Shown one piece after another: positions 34,662 through 43,492 of a DNA stretch of 43,492 nucleotides. Source of the stretch: Gemmatimonadales bacterium (lineage in GTDB: Bacteria > Gemmatimonadota > Gemmatimonadetes > Gemmatimonadales > GWC2-71-9); the NCBI GenBank assembly GCA_038320055.1, contig JBBQDU010000003.1:1-43492 (forward strand), read 5' to 3'. The notes under the pieces were generated by a model that was not told the origin of the DNA, did not search any database, and was given only the letters and a program-made list of their open reading frames with translations. The translations under genes and the position numbers were made by a program. How positions within the stretch are numbered: position 1 is the first letter of the stretch; every line of letters starts with the position of its first letter.

Positions 34662-36643
34662 GCGCCGGCGGGTTCGGCCGGCGGTGTGCCCAGAAGAGGT
34701 GCCCGCGCGGGCGCGGCGCCCGGCTTCGGGGAAGTGCTGGCCTGGGGCGCCGGCGAGTCCGTCGACGGCAGGCGGGGTGGCAGCGGCAGGTTCTTCACCA
34801 GCCGGTCCAGGTCCTCGCGGTCGATGGTCTCGCGCTCGAGCAGCGCATCGGCGATCCGATCGAGCAGCTCCCGGTGCTCCGCGATGATCTGGGTGGCGCG
34901 GGCGTAGGCCTCGTCCACCAGCCGCTTCACCTCGTCGTCCACCATCTGCGCGGTGCGCTCGCTGATCTCCCGCCGCTGGGCGAACTCGCGGCCCAGGAAG
35001 ATTTCCTGCTCCTTGTCGCCCACGGCGAGGGGGCCGATGCGCTCGCTCATGCCGAACTGCGTCACCATCCGGCGTGCGAGGCCGGTGGCCCGCTCGATGT
35101 CGTTCCCGGCGCCGGTGGTCACCTTGTCGGGGCCGAACACCAACTCCTCCGCGACGCGCCCGCCGAAGAACATGGCCAGGCTGCCGATGAGCCAATCCTT
35201 GGTGTAGTTGTGCCGGTCGACCTCGGGCAGCGACGCGGTCAGGCCGAGCGCCCGGCCACGGGGCACGATCGTGACTTTGTGAATGGGATCACTGCCCGGA
35301 ATCTTCGTGGCGACGATCGCGTGGCCCGCCTCGTGATAGGCGGTGAGCTTCCGCTCGTCCTCGGTCAGCACCAGACTCCGGCGCTCGACACCCAGCATGA
35401 CCTTGTCCTTGGCGTCCTCGAAGTCGTGCATGTCCACGAGCGTCTTGTTGCGTCGCGCCGCGAGCACCGCCGACTCGTTGACGAGGTTGGCGAGGTCCGC
35501 GCCGGCCATGCCGGGGGTCCCCTTGGCAATGACTTCCAGTCGGACGTCCGAGGCGAGCGGGATCTTCCGGGTGTGCACGCGGAGGATACCCTCCCGGCCG
35601 CGCACGTCGGGCGCATCGACCACGATCTGCCGGTCGAACCGGCCGGGCCGGAGCAGCGCGGGATCGAGCACGTCCGGGCGGTTCGTGGCCGCGATCAGGA
35701 TGACCCCGTCGTTCGACTCGAAGCCGTCCATCTCGACGAGCAGCTGATTCAGGGTCTGCTCACGCTCGTCGTGGCCGCCGCCGAGGCCGGCCCCGCGATG
35801 GCGGCCGACCGCGTCGATCTCGTCGATGAAGATGATGCAGGGCGCGTGGCTCTTGCCCTGCTCGAAGAGATCGCGGACCCGGCTGGCGCCGACGCCCACG
35901 AACATCTCGACGAAGTCGGACCCCGACATGGAGAAGAACGGACGGGCCGCTTCACCGGCCACGGCCTTGGCGAGCAGCGTTTTGCCGGTGCCCGGCGGAC
36001 CCACCAGCAACGCCCCCTTCGGCAAGCGGCCGCCGAGGCGGGTGAACTTCTGCGGGTCCTTGAGGAACTCGATGATCTCCTGCAGTTCGACCTTGGCCTC
36101 GTCCGCACCGGCCACGTCCGCGAAGGTGATCTTCGGCGTGTCGCCGGCGACCAGCTTGGCCTTCGACTTGCCGAACGCGAACGCCCGACTGCCGCCCGCC
36201 TGGAGCTGTCGCAGCAGGAAAAACCACAGGCCGAGGATCACGATCCACGGCAGCGCCGCGATGATGATGGCGGTGATGCCGCCCTTGGGCTCCTTGGCGA
36301 GGATCGGCACGCCCGCGTCCTCCAGGCGCTTGACGAACACTTCGCTGTTGGCCACCGGCAGCAACACCTGAAAGCTCTTGGCGGTCCGGTTGTCCTGAGT
36401 GACAGGATTCCGGAAGTCGCCCTCGAGGCGCTTGCCGTCGTACACCTCGACCCGAGCCACGTTGCCCTGGTCGAGCTGGCGGCTGAACTCGGTGTAGGAG
36501 AACTCCTGCGTGGGATTGCGCTGGCGGCTCATCATCTGAAAGAGCGCCAGCGCGAGCAGGCCCACGAGCAGCCATAGCGCGAGATTCTTGCTCAGATTCC
36601 CCCAATTGGTGCGCGGGGGACGAGACGGGAGTCGGTCTGCCAT
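34658..36643 (-). CDS. ftsH: ATP-dependent zinc metalloprotease FtsH
   Basis: Two TMs; GPPGTGKT; IIFIDEID; [20 protein letters not shown]; HEAGH. Confidence 0.98.
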   Translation of the reverse strand: MADRLPSRPPRTNWGNLSKNLALWLLVGLLALALFQMMSRQRNPTQEFSYTEFSRQLDQGNVARVEVYDGKRLEGDFRNPVTQDNRTAKSFQVLLPVANSEVFVKRLEDAGVPILAKEPKGGITAIIIAALPWIVILGLWFFLLRQLQAGGSRAFAFGKSKAKLVAGDTPKITFADVAGADEAKVELQEIIEFLKDPQKFTRLGGRLPKGALLVGPPGTGKTLLAKAVAGEAARPFFSMSGSDFVEMFVGVGASRVRDLFEQGKSHAPCIIFIDEIDAVGRHRGAGLGGGHDEREQTLNQLLVEMDGFESNDGVILIAATNRPDVLDPALLRPGRFDRQIVVDAPDVRGREGILRVHTRKIPLASDVRLEVIAKGTPGMAGADLANLVNESAVLAARRNKTLVDMHDFEDAKDKVMLGVERRSLVLTEDERKLTAYHEAGHAIVATKIPGSDPIHKVTIVPRGRALGLTASLPEVDRHNYTKDWLIGSLAMFFGGRVAEELVFGPDKVTTGAGNDIERATGLARRMVTQFGMSERIGPLAVGDKEQEIFLGREFAQRREISERTAQMVDDEVKRLVDEAYARATQIIAEHRELLDRIADALLERETIDREDLDRLVKNLPLPPRLPSTDSPAPQASTSPKPGAAPARAPLLGTPPAEPAGA

Positions 36644-37198
36644 TTATTCCAAGTCCGCGATGAACGGGAGGTGACGATAGTTCTCGGCATGGTCCAGACC
36701 ATAGCCCACCAGAAACGCCGGTGGGGCCCGGAAGCCGATGAATCGGAGCTCCGGACGGACCTCGATGGCCAACTGCTTGTCGAGCAGCGCGCAGATGGCC
36801 AGGCTTCTCGGCCGACGGGCCCGCAGCAGCGCCATCAGGCGCTGCAGGGTCTTCCCTGTATCAATAATATCCTCGACCACCAGAATATGTTTCCCCTCGA
36901 GCCGGGTTTCGGGATCGTAGAGGAGCCGCACGGTGCCGCTCGAGACCTTAGAATCCCCATACGAGCTGGCGACCAGGAAATCCACCTGGATCGGACGCTC
37001 GATCTGGCGAACGAGGTCGCTCAGGAAGATGAAGCTGCCCTTGAGCAGGCCGAGGACGAGCAGGTCCCCGTCGGGGTAGGCCTCGGTGATCTCGGCGCCG
37101 AGCGCCTGGACCCGGGCCGCGATGGTGCTCTCGTCGAAGACGATCGACTTGACGGCGCGGCCGCCGGTGCGGCGGAGGACATCAGGCGTACTCAGCAT
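36644..37198 (-). CDS. hpt: Hypoxanthine phosphoribosyltransferase
   Basis: GLLKGSFIF, SSYG, VVEDIIDTGKT, FLVGYGLD; tilS-hpt-ftsH order. Confidence 0.95.
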   Translation of the reverse strand: MLSTPDVLRRTGGRAVKSIVFDESTIAARVQALGAEITEAYPDGDLLVLGLLKGSFIFLSDLVRQIERPIQVDFLVASSYGDSKVSSGTVRLLYDPETRLEGKHILVVEDIIDTGKTLQRLMALLRARRPRSLAICALLDKQLAIEVRPELRFIGFRAPPAFLVGYGLDHAENYRHLPFIADLE

Positions 37199-38504
37199 CG
37201 ATCCTCACGGCCTCCGTTCCCGGTGCTGGAAGGAGGGCGTCGGACCGACAGACGCCCGGGACCCACACCACTTCTTCGCCGCCGGCGACCACCGGCCACT
37301 GTCCGCGGCGGCTCCGCTGCACCCGCGCGTCCTGGAAGCACCGGACGAGGAGACGGTGCCCAGGTCCGCCAATAGGCCGGATCCGGTCGCCGGCGATCCA
37401 CCCGCGCACCGTCAGCGGGGCCGGGCTGATCCAGGCGGACAGGCTCCGGCGCTCCTGCCGTCCCGGGGCCGCTTCGCAGAGCCATCGGAGCCGCCAGCGC
37501 CCCCACTGCCCCACCCCCTCCCCACCTTCGACGGTCCACGCCGCCGGGCTACTGGCACCCTCCACGCGGCCGACGACGACCCTGCCGAATGCGATCTCGG
37601 CCATCCACCCCTGGCCCAGGGGCACCGTGGACCCGCTGGCCGCGCGCGCCGCGATCCCCAACACCCGGCCTGCACGGCCTGGTCCCAGCCGGCATCCGAC
37701 CCGGCGTGCCGCGGCCATCAAGAGGGTGGCGCCCAAGGCTGAATCATACCCGCTGAGCACACGGGCAGCAACGGAAAACCCCTCGCGTTCGGGGCGGAAA
37801 TCCAGTCCCGGCAACAACGTCAGCGCGGCACTCCAGGCGGCGCGCTCCCGGGCCGCGTGGCGACCCACCGAGAGCAGCGCCTCGTCCACCTTGGGGAGGC
37901 GGTCCCGCAGGGTCGGCAGCAGATCGGCGCGCAACCACGCCCGGAGGTGGCGAGCGTCGTGATTGGCGGGATCGGTCCACGCGGGCAGGCCCGCCGTCCG
38001 CACGTATCGGACCACCGCCTCGCGCCGAAACGGCAGCAGCGGGCGCACCAGGGCCGCTCCCCGCGCGGCCATGCCCGCCAGCCCGGCGGGCCCGGAGCCG
38101 GCCAGCGCGCGCATGAGGACCGTTTCCACCTGATCGTCCGCGTGATGCGCGGTGATGATCAGCGTAGCCCCCAGGTCGGCCCGGGTGGCCTCGAGCCAGG
38201 CATATCGAGCATGCCGAGCGACGGTCTCACCGGCGTCGGGCCCGAGCGCCCCATGCCCCTCCTCGTAGGCCAGGTGATACGCATCCGCGAGCGCGCGGAC
38301 GCCCGCGGCCACGCGGGCGCTGGCCGGATGGATGCCGTGGTCGAAGTGCGCCACGACGAGGTCGAGCCGGTGGTCGTCCAGCGTGTGGAACAACAGATCG
38401 AGGAGAGCCACGGAGTCAGGCCCGCCCGAGACGGCGACGAGGGCCCGGCCGGGCGGGAGGTGCAACGTCACCAGATGGCGACGGAAGTCATCGAGCAGCG
38501 TCAT
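37182..38504 (-). CDS. tilS: tRNA(Ile)-lysidine synthetase
   Basis: VAVSGGPDS PP-loop, HFDHG, TAHHADDQVET, RPLL, DPAN, C-terminal TilS domain. Confidence 0.95.
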   Translation of the reverse strand: MTLLDDFRRHLVTLHLPPGRALVAVSGGPDSVALLDLLFHTLDDHRLDLVVAHFDHGIHPASARVAAGVRALADAYHLAYEEGHGALGPDAGETVARHARYAWLEATRADLGATLIITAHHADDQVETVLMRALAGSGPAGLAGMAARGAALVRPLLPFRREAVVRYVRTAGLPAWTDPANHDARHLRAWLRADLLPTLRDRLPKVDEALLSVGRHAARERAAWSAALTLLPGLDFRPEREGFSVAARVLSGYDSALGATLLMAAARRVGCRLGPGRAGRVLGIAARAASGSTVPLGQGWMAEIAFGRVVVGRVEGASSPAAWTVEGGEGVGQWGRWRLRWLCEAAPGRQERRSLSAWISPAPLTVRGWIAGDRIRPIGGPGHRLLVRCFQDARVQRSRRGQWPVVAGGEEVVWVPGVCRSDALLPAPGTEAVRIDAEYA

Positions 38505-41458
38505 CGGCGGTCGAGCAACTCGCGCACCTTGCGCGACAGGTCCGCCGCCACGAACGGCTTCTGCAGAAACGGTGAACCCGGCCGCAACAGGCCCCGGCGC
38601 ACCACGTCGTCATCGGTGTAGCCGGACATGAAGAGCACCCGGAGCTCCGGGCGCTCCATGGCGAGCCGCTCGCCGAGCTCGCGACCATTGAGAATGGGCA
38701 TGACGACATCGGTGAGCACGAGATCGACCGGCGTCGCGGTGCGGCCGAGCAGCTCGAGGGCCTCGGCGCCGTTCTCCGCCTCGAGGATGGCGTACCCCTG
38801 GGTCGACAGCGCCCGGGACGCCATCCGGCGCACCGCGACCTCGTCCTCGACGATGAGGATCGTCTCGGCACCGCCAGGGACGAGCGGCACGGCCGCCACC
38901 GGCGGCTCGGCGGCCGCATCGACGCACTCCGGCAGATAGATCTCGAACGAGGCGCCGTGCGCGACCTCGCTACGCGCCCAGATGTAGCCGCCGCTCTGTT
39001 TGACGATGCCGTATACGGTGGCCAGACCGAGGCCGCTTCCCTGTCCTGGCGGCTTGGTGGTGAAAAAGGGCTCGAAGACGCGTGCGCAGGTGGCGGCGTC
39101 CATTCCCTGACCGGAGTCGCTGACCGTGAGGCGGACATACCGGCCCTCCGGCATCCGCGGCCCCGACGGCACCTGACGCTGCCCCGGCGCCAGCGTGACG
39201 TTCTCGGTCTCCGCGCTGAACGTACCGCGTCCCGCCATGGCATCCCGCGAATTGAGAGCGAGGTTGACCAGCACCTGCTCGAGCTGGGCGCGGTCGGCGC
39301 GAACGCCGGCCAGCTCCGCGGCGGGGCGCAGCTCGATGTCGATTCCCGACCCGAGGAGGCGGGCGAGTAGCGGCACGGCCTGTTCGAGCACGGCGTTCAG
39401 ATCCAGCGCCGTCGGACGCAGGAGCTGCTGCCGGCTGTAGGCCAGCAGCTGACGCGTGATGTACGCGGCGCGGTCGGCGGCCCGGTGGATCTCGGCGACA
39501 TCGCTCGCGCGCGGATCGCCGGCGGGCAGCCCGCTCTCGAGGAATTCACTGAACCCGGTGATCACGGTCATCATGTTGTTCACTTCGTGGGCGACACCGC
39601 CCGCCACCCGGCCGACCGCTTCCAGCCGCTCCGCCTGCACCAGCACCTCGGCCGCCCGCCGCCGCTCGGTCACGTCTCGCACCATGCAGCCGACCCACTC
39701 GGTGCCGCCGTGCGGCGCGGCGACCGGATAATAGCTGGCCATGTAGACCCGACGGCCCTCCCCTTCCGAGGGCGACTCGGCGACGATTTCGCGGTCGAGC
39801 ACCGGCACACCGGATCGGAACACTTCCTCGAAGAACGGCCTCAGCAGAGCCGCGGGCTCTCCCAGAACCTCCTCCAGTGTGCGCCCGAGGTGCGCCTCCT
39901 GCGCGACGAAATTCATCGCCGCGAGCGCGTCGTTCACGTGGACGTACCGGAGCTCGCGATCGACAAACGCCAGTCCGACGGGCACCCCGCGAAATACGGT
40001 GTCGAGCACGGCGAGGGACCGGGCTTTTTCGTGCAGCGCCTGCTCGGTTTCCTGGTAGAGGCGGGCGTTGTCCACCGCCGTCGCCGCGCGCCGCGCGAGG
40101 TCCTCGGCCAGCACCAGGTCGACCGTGGAGAAGCGACGCCCCGACTCCGCGCAGACGAAGGTGATCGCACCAAGGATGCGGCCCCGGGCAATGAGGGGCA
40201 CGATCAGGAGCGAGCGGAGCCCGAACTCGCGCAGCGCCCGCAGATGCTCCTCGCTCCGGGCGAAACGGCGCAGCAGCTCGTCCGGGATGTCGGCGATGAG
40301 CCTTGGTCGCGCGCTCCGAATCACCTCGGGCACCGGATCCTCGGGGGCTTCCGGGTAGCGGTGGCTCATGGCCCAGACGGCGTCCACCTTGGCGGGATCC
40401 GTGTGCGCAATCGCCAGGCGGCGCTGGCGTCCGTCCATGCCCACGATATCTACCGCGCACCAGTCGGCGAGCCGCGGCACCGCCATCCGCGCCGCGGCGG
40501 ACAGCGTCACGGTGTAGTCCAGCGACGAGGCGAGTACTTCGCTCACCTCGGCGAGGAACGCGACCTGTTCCCGCGCCGTCTCGGCGTTCCGCCGGGCGAT
40601 GCGCTCGGCCTCGTACAGCATGGCCCGCTCGAGCCCCTGGCCTCCCTGGCCGGCCACCGTGAGAATGAACTCGCGGTCCACGGCCACCCACCGGCGGTCG
40701 TCATCGAACTCGAGCTCGAGGCCTCCCGCGGGACGACCGTCCGCCCGGAACGGCACGGCGACCACCGCACCCAGCGGCAGTCCGCGCGCCGCGTAGGCGG
40801 GAAAGCGCTCGCGCCAGGCCGCCGCTGATTCGACGAAGACCGCCCTGCCTGACTCCAGTGCCTCGGCGAGCGGACCGTGGGGATCGTCCGGGTCGCCCCG
40901 GTGGCCCGGACTGCGGACGGCGGGCGGGAGCGGGGCGCCGCGGGGGCCGTATACGAGCGCACCGGCCCGGGCGTGCAGCGCCTGCATCGCGTGCCGAATG
41001 ATGATGTCCGACGCCTCGTCGGGCGTCAGCGCAGGGGCAAGCGCCGCGTTGAGCGCGTGGAGGTGAGCAGTGCGCGCGGCCGCCCGCTCGGCTCGGCGCC
41101 GAGCGCCGAGGAGCCAGGCGATCAGCGCGCTCATGAAGAGCCCCGTGACCCCATACACCGACAGGGCCAACGCATCCGACTGGTTTTCGACGGAGAGCCC
41201 GACGTGGGGGGCGCCAGTGGTCGCGAGGGCACCCAGACCGAGGAGCACGAGGGTGACCACCCCCGCGCCGAACCCGCCATAGCCGGTGCTGAGCGCCACG
41301 GCGACCAGAAAAATCGGATCGATCGACGCGCCGAACAGGCGATGGAGCTCGGCATGCAGCCCCACGGCGGCGGCCGCCGCGAGCACCGCTACCACGTAGC
41401 GCTCGAGCGCTCCGGCGCGGCGGCGCGCGAGGGCGGGGGCGGGCGTCAGGGTGTCCAT
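38501..41458 (-). CDS. Hybrid sensor histidine kinase (TM sensor-GAF-GAF-PAS-HisKA-HATPase-REC)
   Basis: From ATG 41458: DUF4118-like TM region; GAF (PRLADWC...ARRAATAVDNARLY); PAS; GGVAHEVNN; NLALNSRDAM; FEPFFTTK; GSGLGL; receiver DVVMP...KPF. Confidence 0.92.
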   Translation of the reverse strand: MDTLTPAPALARRRAGALERYVVAVLAAAAAVGLHAELHRLFGASIDPIFLVAVALSTGYGGFGAGVVTLVLLGLGALATTGAPHVGLSVENQSDALALSVYGVTGLFMSALIAWLLGARRRAERAAARTAHLHALNAALAPALTPDEASDIIIRHAMQALHARAGALVYGPRGAPLPPAVRSPGHRGDPDDPHGPLAEALESGRAVFVESAAAWRERFPAYAARGLPLGAVVAVPFRADGRPAGGLELEFDDDRRWVAVDREFILTVAGQGGQGLERAMLYEAERIARRNAETAREQVAFLAEVSEVLASSLDYTVTLSAAARMAVPRLADWCAVDIVGMDGRQRRLAIAHTDPAKVDAVWAMSHRYPEAPEDPVPEVIRSARPRLIADIPDELLRRFARSEEHLRALREFGLRSLLIVPLIARGRILGAITFVCAESGRRFSTVDLVLAEDLARRAATAVDNARLYQETEQALHEKARSLAVLDTVFRGVPVGLAFVDRELRYVHVNDALAAMNFVAQEAHLGRTLEEVLGEPAALLRPFFEEVFRSGVPVLDREIVAESPSEGEGRRVYMASYYPVAAPHGGTEWVGCMVRDVTERRRAAEVLVQAERLEAVGRVAGGVAHEVNNMMTVITGFSEFLESGLPAGDPRASDVAEIHRAADRAAYITRQLLAYSRQQLLRPTALDLNAVLEQAVPLLARLLGSGIDIELRPAAELAGVRADRAQLEQVLVNLALNSRDAMAGRGTFSAETENVTLAPGQRQVPSGPRMPEGRYVRLTVSDSGQGMDAATCARVFEPFFTTKPPGQGSGLGLATVYGIVKQSGGYIWARSEVAHGASFEIYLPECVDAAAEPPVAAVPLVPGGAETILIVEDEVAVRRMASRALSTQGYAILEAENGAEALELLGRTATPVDLVLTDVVMPILNGRELGERLAMERPELRVLFMSGYTDDDVVRRGLLRPGSPFLQKPFVAADLSRKVRELLDRR

Positions 41459-41614
41459 GTCGCGAGGCGGAAGATCGGCTCCCAGTGGCGCGCGCGCGGC
41501 CCAGACCCGGTCTCGGAGGGAGCGCGCGTGCGGGACACCACGATGGCACGTGGGCAGGGGGATTGGAACATTGCAGCCGGGCTCAGCGCCGCGCAACGCT
41601 CGCCGAGCGGTGGG

Positions 41615-41908
41615 CTAGTAGGCGAAGCCCGCCCGCAGATAAAGCGCCGTCCGCTGATCGCCTCGGACCACGGAGACGGTGACCGTGTTGGCGCGCTCGA
41701 GGAACGCAAACCAGATGCCTCCGCCGACGCCGGCATGCCAGGTGTCCCACGACTCGCCCTCCAGATATACCCGCCCGACGTCCGCGATCCCGAGGAGCCC
41801 GTAGTCCCCGGGAAGCACCATGTAGAAGCGGCCGAGTCGAGGCCGGGCCTCCGCGCTGCCATAGAGCGCGGCATCGCCGGCGTAGCGTTGCTCGCGCAGG
41901 CCGCGCAC
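41615..41908 (-). pseudogene. C-terminal remnant of an Omp85/BamA-TamA-type beta-barrel gene
   Basis: VRGLREQRYAGD (VRGY-like loop motif), amphipathic strands, terminal LYLRAGFAY; only 97 aa, no signal peptide. Confidence 0.65.
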
Positions 41909-41995
41909 ACCTTCGGCCGCGACGGCACCCTTCTCGTGGGCGATGAGGCCGACGGCGCGCGCGCCACGCTCACCGGCTATCGACCCGTTCGCTAG
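41909..41995 (+). pseudogene. Probable 3' remnant of a plus-strand gene (beta-propeller/SdiA-regulated-like tail)
   Basis: TFGRDGTLLVGDEADGARATLTGYRPVR*; its TAG overlaps the convergent phosphoesterase stop in CTAG (41992-41995). Confidence 0.4.
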
Positions 41996-43173
41996 CGTTC
42001 CGCGCAGCCCGCACCGGCGCGCCGGGCCGGCACCAGCTCGGCGTAGATCTCGCTGGGCGCGCCGGTGCGGTCCACCGTGACGACACCGACGCGGAGTCGT
42101 CCGTCTCGCAACAGATCCACCCGCATGAACCCCGCCTTGGATACAGCCAGGCGAGTCCCCGGCACAGCCTCGACGTGACTCTCGTGCCCGTAAATTCCGG
42201 CCCCGCTCACGGCCAGCAGGGGCGGCCGCCCGCGATCGATCAACTGGAGGCTGTGTTCGTGGCCCGCGGCATAGGTGGCGGGCGGCGCGCAGGCAAAGGC
42301 GGTATCGAGCGCCGCCCGCAGAACACGGTTGGGCCCGCCGCTCAAGTCTTCGGCACTGACGCCGAGACCCCGAATCGCCGGGTAGGCGGTACCGAGGAGC
42401 GGCAGCGGCAGGAACAGCGCAGGGTGCAGATTCCGGAGCGGGAACAGATGGTCGCCGAGGGAGAAGTATCCGCCATGGGGGCCGCCGGTGCCGAGCGGAT
42501 GGTGGCCGGCGACGATCACCTGGCGGTCGCCGGCCACGTGCAGCGCGCGCGCCAGACTGTCGATGACTTCACGCGGAGTCCTCGCGGCACACGCGGAACC
42601 CTCGGCGGGCTTCTCGTGCGGAAAGAGCCACCACTCGGTATCGAGGAGGACGAGGCGGAGGCGGGGCCCCACGTCCACGGTGGCGGGGCCCGGGCACCCG
42701 TCCACCGGCAGCAGTCGCGCCCGGCCACCGCCTTCTCTGGCGATGAAGCGACCCTGGCGGCGGATGCGCTCCCAGCCCTCGGGGCCGGAGCGGTGCCAGT
42801 CGTGGTTGCCCGGCACGAACAGGACCGGGGTCAGGCGCGCAAGCGCGAGCTGGTCGCGCAGACGCCGCGCGGCGTCGGCGAACGATGCGTCCGCGCTGTC
42901 GGGCAACCCTCGCGGATAGATGTTGTCGCCGAGAAAGAGAATGACGGCGGTATCCGGACGGTCCGCGAGGATGCGGGCGACGGCCTGGAACACCGGCTCG
43001 CCCGAAGCCTTCGGGGCACCGGCGTCGCCGATCAGCACGACGGTGGCGACGATATCCGCGGGGGCCGCCGGCGCAGCTGCGGTCGGCGGAACAACGCGCC
43101 CCGCGCAGGCGACGAGCACGAGCGCCGCCGGCACGAAGGTGCCACCGACCCTGCCGCACTCGAGTAAGGTCAT
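41992..43173 (-). CDS. Calcineurin-like metallophosphoesterase, probable lipoprotein
   Basis: LIGDAG, FLGDNIY, PGNHDW, GHHP, AGHEH; lipobox-like LVAC. Start 43173 or 43221. Confidence 0.9.
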   Translation of the reverse strand: MTLLECGRVGGTFVPAALVLVACAGRVVPPTAAAPAAPADIVATVVLIGDAGAPKASGEPVFQAVARILADRPDTAVILFLGDNIYPRGLPDSADASFADAARRLRDQLALARLTPVLFVPGNHDWHRSGPEGWERIRRQGRFIAREGGGRARLLPVDGCPGPATVDVGPRLRLVLLDTEWWLFPHEKPAEGSACAARTPREVIDSLARALHVAGDRQVIVAGHHPLGTGGPHGGYFSLGDHLFPLRNLHPALFLPLPLLGTAYPAIRGLGVSAEDLSGGPNRVLRAALDTAFACAPPATYAAGHEHSLQLIDRGRPPLLAVSGAGIYGHESHVEAVPGTRLAVSKAGFMRVDLLRDGRLRVGVVTVDRTGAPSEIYAELVPARRAGAGCAER

Positions 43174-43353
43174 GGACGGGGAATCTCTCGGCGACCGGAG
43201 CGCGTCGGAAGAGTGGGGCATGGCCAGCCGTGACTAGCTACATCACTACTTAAGCATTATCTGCTTGCATGATAGTAGTTTACCGCATTCGGCTAAACTG
43301 GAATCTCATGTACACCGACAGCCGGCGGTCAGCGCCTCGCGCGCGTCCTGAAG

Positions 43354-43492
43354 TCAGTCGCCGCGGACCAGCTTATCGGCCTCCGCGAGGAGCTGGTCCG
43401 CGGTAAACGGCTCGCCCAGGGAGGGCACGTCGCTCAGCAGCCCGTCGGGGTCCGCGAGCGGCTCGCCGATGTGCAGGATCGGGAGCCGAGGA
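43354..43492 (-). CDS. C-terminus of an atypical receiver-domain protein (partial)
   Basis: Manual translation PRLPILHIGEPLADPDGLLSDVPSLGEPFTADQLLAEADKLVRGD*; matches the receiver C-terminal pattern, with EPFT in place of KPFT. Confidence 0.55.
   Translation of the reverse strand, partial: PRLPILHIGEPLADPDGLLSDVPSLGEPFTADQLLAEADKLVRGD

Noticed and set aside
7446-35195. ORF-track upstream starts for cheW, cheR, mglA, the dksA-like gene, folP and others
   Set aside because: The extensions are low-complexity Arg/Gly/Pro translations overlapping the upstream gene; internal starts at stop/start overlaps fit the family N-termini.
1-43492. CRISPR arrays, IS elements, rRNA
   Set aside because: No regularly spaced direct repeats, transposase motifs or rRNA-like segments seen; nearly all sequence is accounted for by CDSs and two tRNAs.

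Overview
High-GC chromosomal window, probably from a Gemmatimonadota-like bacterium (inferred from gene content and order, not tested). Almost every gene is on the minus strand. In transcription order (high to low coordinates): a partial receiver-domain gene, a lipoprotein metallophosphoesterase, an apparent deletion scar joining two gene tails, a hybrid histidine kinase, then the housekeeping run tilS-hpt-ftsH-folP-cdaA-DUF2723-yggS-PNP-ileS-dksA-like-lspA-rluD. Next is a tightly coupled 19-gene block (5699-23727): a receptor-less chemosensory set (cheW x3, cheY, cheA, cheC, cheR, cheD, cheB) surrounding an MglA GTPase, three Roadblock/LC7 domains, two DUF4388 proteins with MshEN-type c-di-GMP motifs, several TPR proteins and a tandem DnaA/Hda-type AAA+ protein with no DNA-binding domain, ending in a zinc peptidase. 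The window ends with tRNA-Val, a secreted TPR protein, tRNA-Asp and the start of the dcw cluster (rsmH-ftsL-ftsI-murE, no mraZ). The Che-Mgl-tandem-DnaA block is the best candidate for an undescribed system. I saw no CRISPR array, integrase or transposase. All calls come from reading motifs by eye; no searches were run.
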